From Octopus sinensis (Eukaryota): a stretch of DNA of 8,641 bases. Numbering within the stretch: position 1 is the first letter of the stretch; the number at the start of each line of letters is the position of its first letter. Of this stretch, positions 6,611 to 8,641 are shown in pieces. The stretch is taken from contig NW_021828371.1 of assembly GCF_006345805.1 (NCBI RefSeq), positions 1 to 8,641 of the forward strand. Direction: 5' to 3'. Both the position numbers and the translations under genes were made by a program. The notes under the pieces are model-generated. The model did no database searches. It was not told the origin of the DNA and worked only from the letters and a program-made list of their open reading frames with translations.

Positions 6611-7530
6611 GAATGAATTTCTTTTAATCAGCTGATAATAATAATACGTTTATAATACTTAAAATACGTACTTATAATGCATTTCTCAACTGCCATATAC
6701 ACACATATATAAACAACACCACTGTCCTTTATGAAATATTTGCGTAAGTATTAAACAATGAAAAGATTCAATGTTTTTTAAATCTGGAGACTTTCGGTTT
6801 TTGGCGCCTGAATTCTTTGTGTCTGTTCTATGTTTTGTTAATGAGAGATGCCCTTGATTTGTGCAGGATTTAGCTTCTATTTCTAGCAACGAAAAAGACA
6901 TTCTATGATTTGTACGATATTTGGTTGATAATTCTAGCTGTGAAAGAAAAATGTCTTTGTATTACAGAGCCAGGCGTGGATCGAGAACAAACAAACATGA
7001 CGTCTTGGGTGTTCCCCTTCCACATCTTCCATCGATTTCAGAAATTGGCACTTTTTTATGCAACTTTTGTTAAAATAAATGTTTGTACCGGTTAATATAG
7101 GGCGTTCATAAATGAAGGATGCATTACTTAGTATATATTACATCTAGAGAATTTTGATTAATAAGTCAAATATGCAAATTATAAAGATAATTAATTGCTT
7201 TACTAAACAGTGTTGTAAAGGTGAAAAAATAAATTTGGGAAAAAAATACACGCCAAAACTAATTATTAAAGGATAATTAGGGAAGGATTGACACAAAATA
7301 ATAATTTTTTCTGTCTCTTTTTTTCTGATAAATGCATCTTAATAAGTGAGAAGAATTGCATATATCTGAACTATTTCAAAGAAAAGCATAAATTTAATGT
7401 TTAAAATAGCTTTAACCAAGGAATGAGATCCAACATTTCTTCACTTTTTCCAGAATTTCTTCTCTTTATTTTTTTTTTTTTTGCGAAATACGGAGTTTAT
7501 GATTCATGTGTGAGTGTGTGTTCTTGATAC

Positions 7531-8015
7531 TCGTTTAGAACAAGTAGTTTTACACCAATTACACTATTTTTTCTTAGTTTAAAGGCCGTGGACTGAAGAT
7601 GTGAAATTTCCGAAGCCTCTCCCCCACCCCCCTTTCGCGAGCGCGCATTTTCTTCATGATAGTCGTTTAGAGCAAGTTGTTTTACACCTATTACGCTGTT
7701 TTTGTTTTTGTTTTTGTGCCCGGTTCAGACGCTTTCGGAAATTCCCGATATAAATATTCCGAGGCCTCTCCCCCACCCCTCTTTCGCGAGAGCGCATTTT
7801 TTTTTTGTCATATTCGTTTAGAGCAAGTTGTTTTACACATATTACACTATTTTTTTTTGTTTTGGTGCCCGGGTCAGCCCCTCAGACGCTTTCGGAACTT
7901 CCCGATGTGAATTTTCCGAGGCCTCTCCCCCACCCCCCTTTCGCGTGTGCGAATTTTTTTTTTCATATTCGTTCATAGGAAGTTGTTTTACACCTATTAC
8001 ACACATTTTTTTTTT
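7531..8015. repeat. CpG-rich minisatellite, about 3.3 units (132, 151, 155 bp plus partial)
   Basis: Units start TCGTT(T/C)A...AAGT(A/T)GTTTTACAC at 7531, 7663, 7814 and 7969. Each full unit contains TTCCGA(A/G)GCCTCTCCCCCACCCC and CTTTCGCG. Confidence 0.92.
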
Positions 8016-8115
8016 GATTTTCTGATAATCGTAACGCCCTATATTAACCTTTGTTCCTACAGTTTATCTCAGAAATGAATCTGTATTTTTTAAGTAGCCT
8101 CTACATTTTACGCCG

Positions 8116-8135
8116 TTGTTTCTCTATAATTTCAG
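8116..8135 (+). promoter_or_regulatory. Candidate 3' splice acceptor of ZNF copy 2 coding exon
   Basis: TTGTTTCTCTATAATTTCAG, identical to 1450-1469. Confidence 0.7.
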
Positions 8136-8508
8136 AACATCAGATGACAGAAGAAGAATCCTAAATATCTACAAGCTTTTAAAGACTAAAGGAAAATATT
8201 ATAGAAAACCGTTTCTACAAATTTGAGGAAGAATTCTTGTGAAACATTTGCTCTGAAATAATATTTTAGTCAAATTTCTAAACATCACACACTAGTGTGT
8301 CAAGAACTGGAGCATATGTGCCACTGGAACTTGGATAAATTTACGGATGTTTTGCTAAACAAAGACAACAGTAGAAGGAAATAGAGGAGAAGAAGTGTAA
8401 GGAATAAAGTATAAAAACAAGAGCAAGAAAAATATATCAACTGGGATTTGAGAGGAAAAGAAATAGGAAAGAGAGAGAAAATTATTGAATTGATTTTCCC
8501 CTGAACAC

Positions 8509-8641
8509 ATGAGAAAATAGACGAGATCATATGACTGTGATATCTGTACAAAGATGTTCTCTCGGAAAAGCAACCTAATTATGCACAAACAGCCTCATAC
8601 GGGGAAGAAACTGTATCATTGTGATACTTGTGGTAAATCAT
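8509..8641 (+). pseudogene. Second C2H2 zinc-finger paralog (5' part only), in-frame TAG at codon 4; pseudogene status uncertain
   Basis: [43 protein letters not shown], collinear with 2687-2819. TAG at 8518-8520 where copy 1 has GAG. Downstream in-frame ATGs at 8554 and 8581. Truncated by the window end. Confidence 0.7.

Noticed and set aside
7172-7179. Octamer motif ATGCAAAT
   Set aside because: A single 8-mer in AT-rich DNA is expected by chance; it also occurs inside the CR1 fragment at 5441.

Overview
Eukaryotic, AT-rich DNA, most likely from a coleoid cephalopod (Octopus-like; inferred from the C2H2 finger style and SINE sequences I recognise, not from a search). The window is part of a tandem C2H2 zinc-finger gene cluster on the + strand. 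Copy 1 (acceptor 1468-1469, ATG 2687, 11 fingers to about 3623) has an antisense RTE-X-like LINE with a 9-bp target-site duplication (TSD) at the start of its exon, plus three small deletions in fingers 5-6. Copy 2 (acceptor 8134-8135, ATG 8509) preserves the empty insertion site, has an in-frame TAG at codon 4, and runs off the window. The rest is nested retroelements (RTE, RTE-X-like and CR1 LINE 3' fragments; several SINE or SINE-like copies), local tandem duplications of 87-356 bp, a CpG-rich intronic minisatellite and a candidate NRF1/ETS promoter. No prokaryotic system, CRISPR array or RNA gene is supported. Most ORFs in the supplied track are repeat-derived or antisense shadows.
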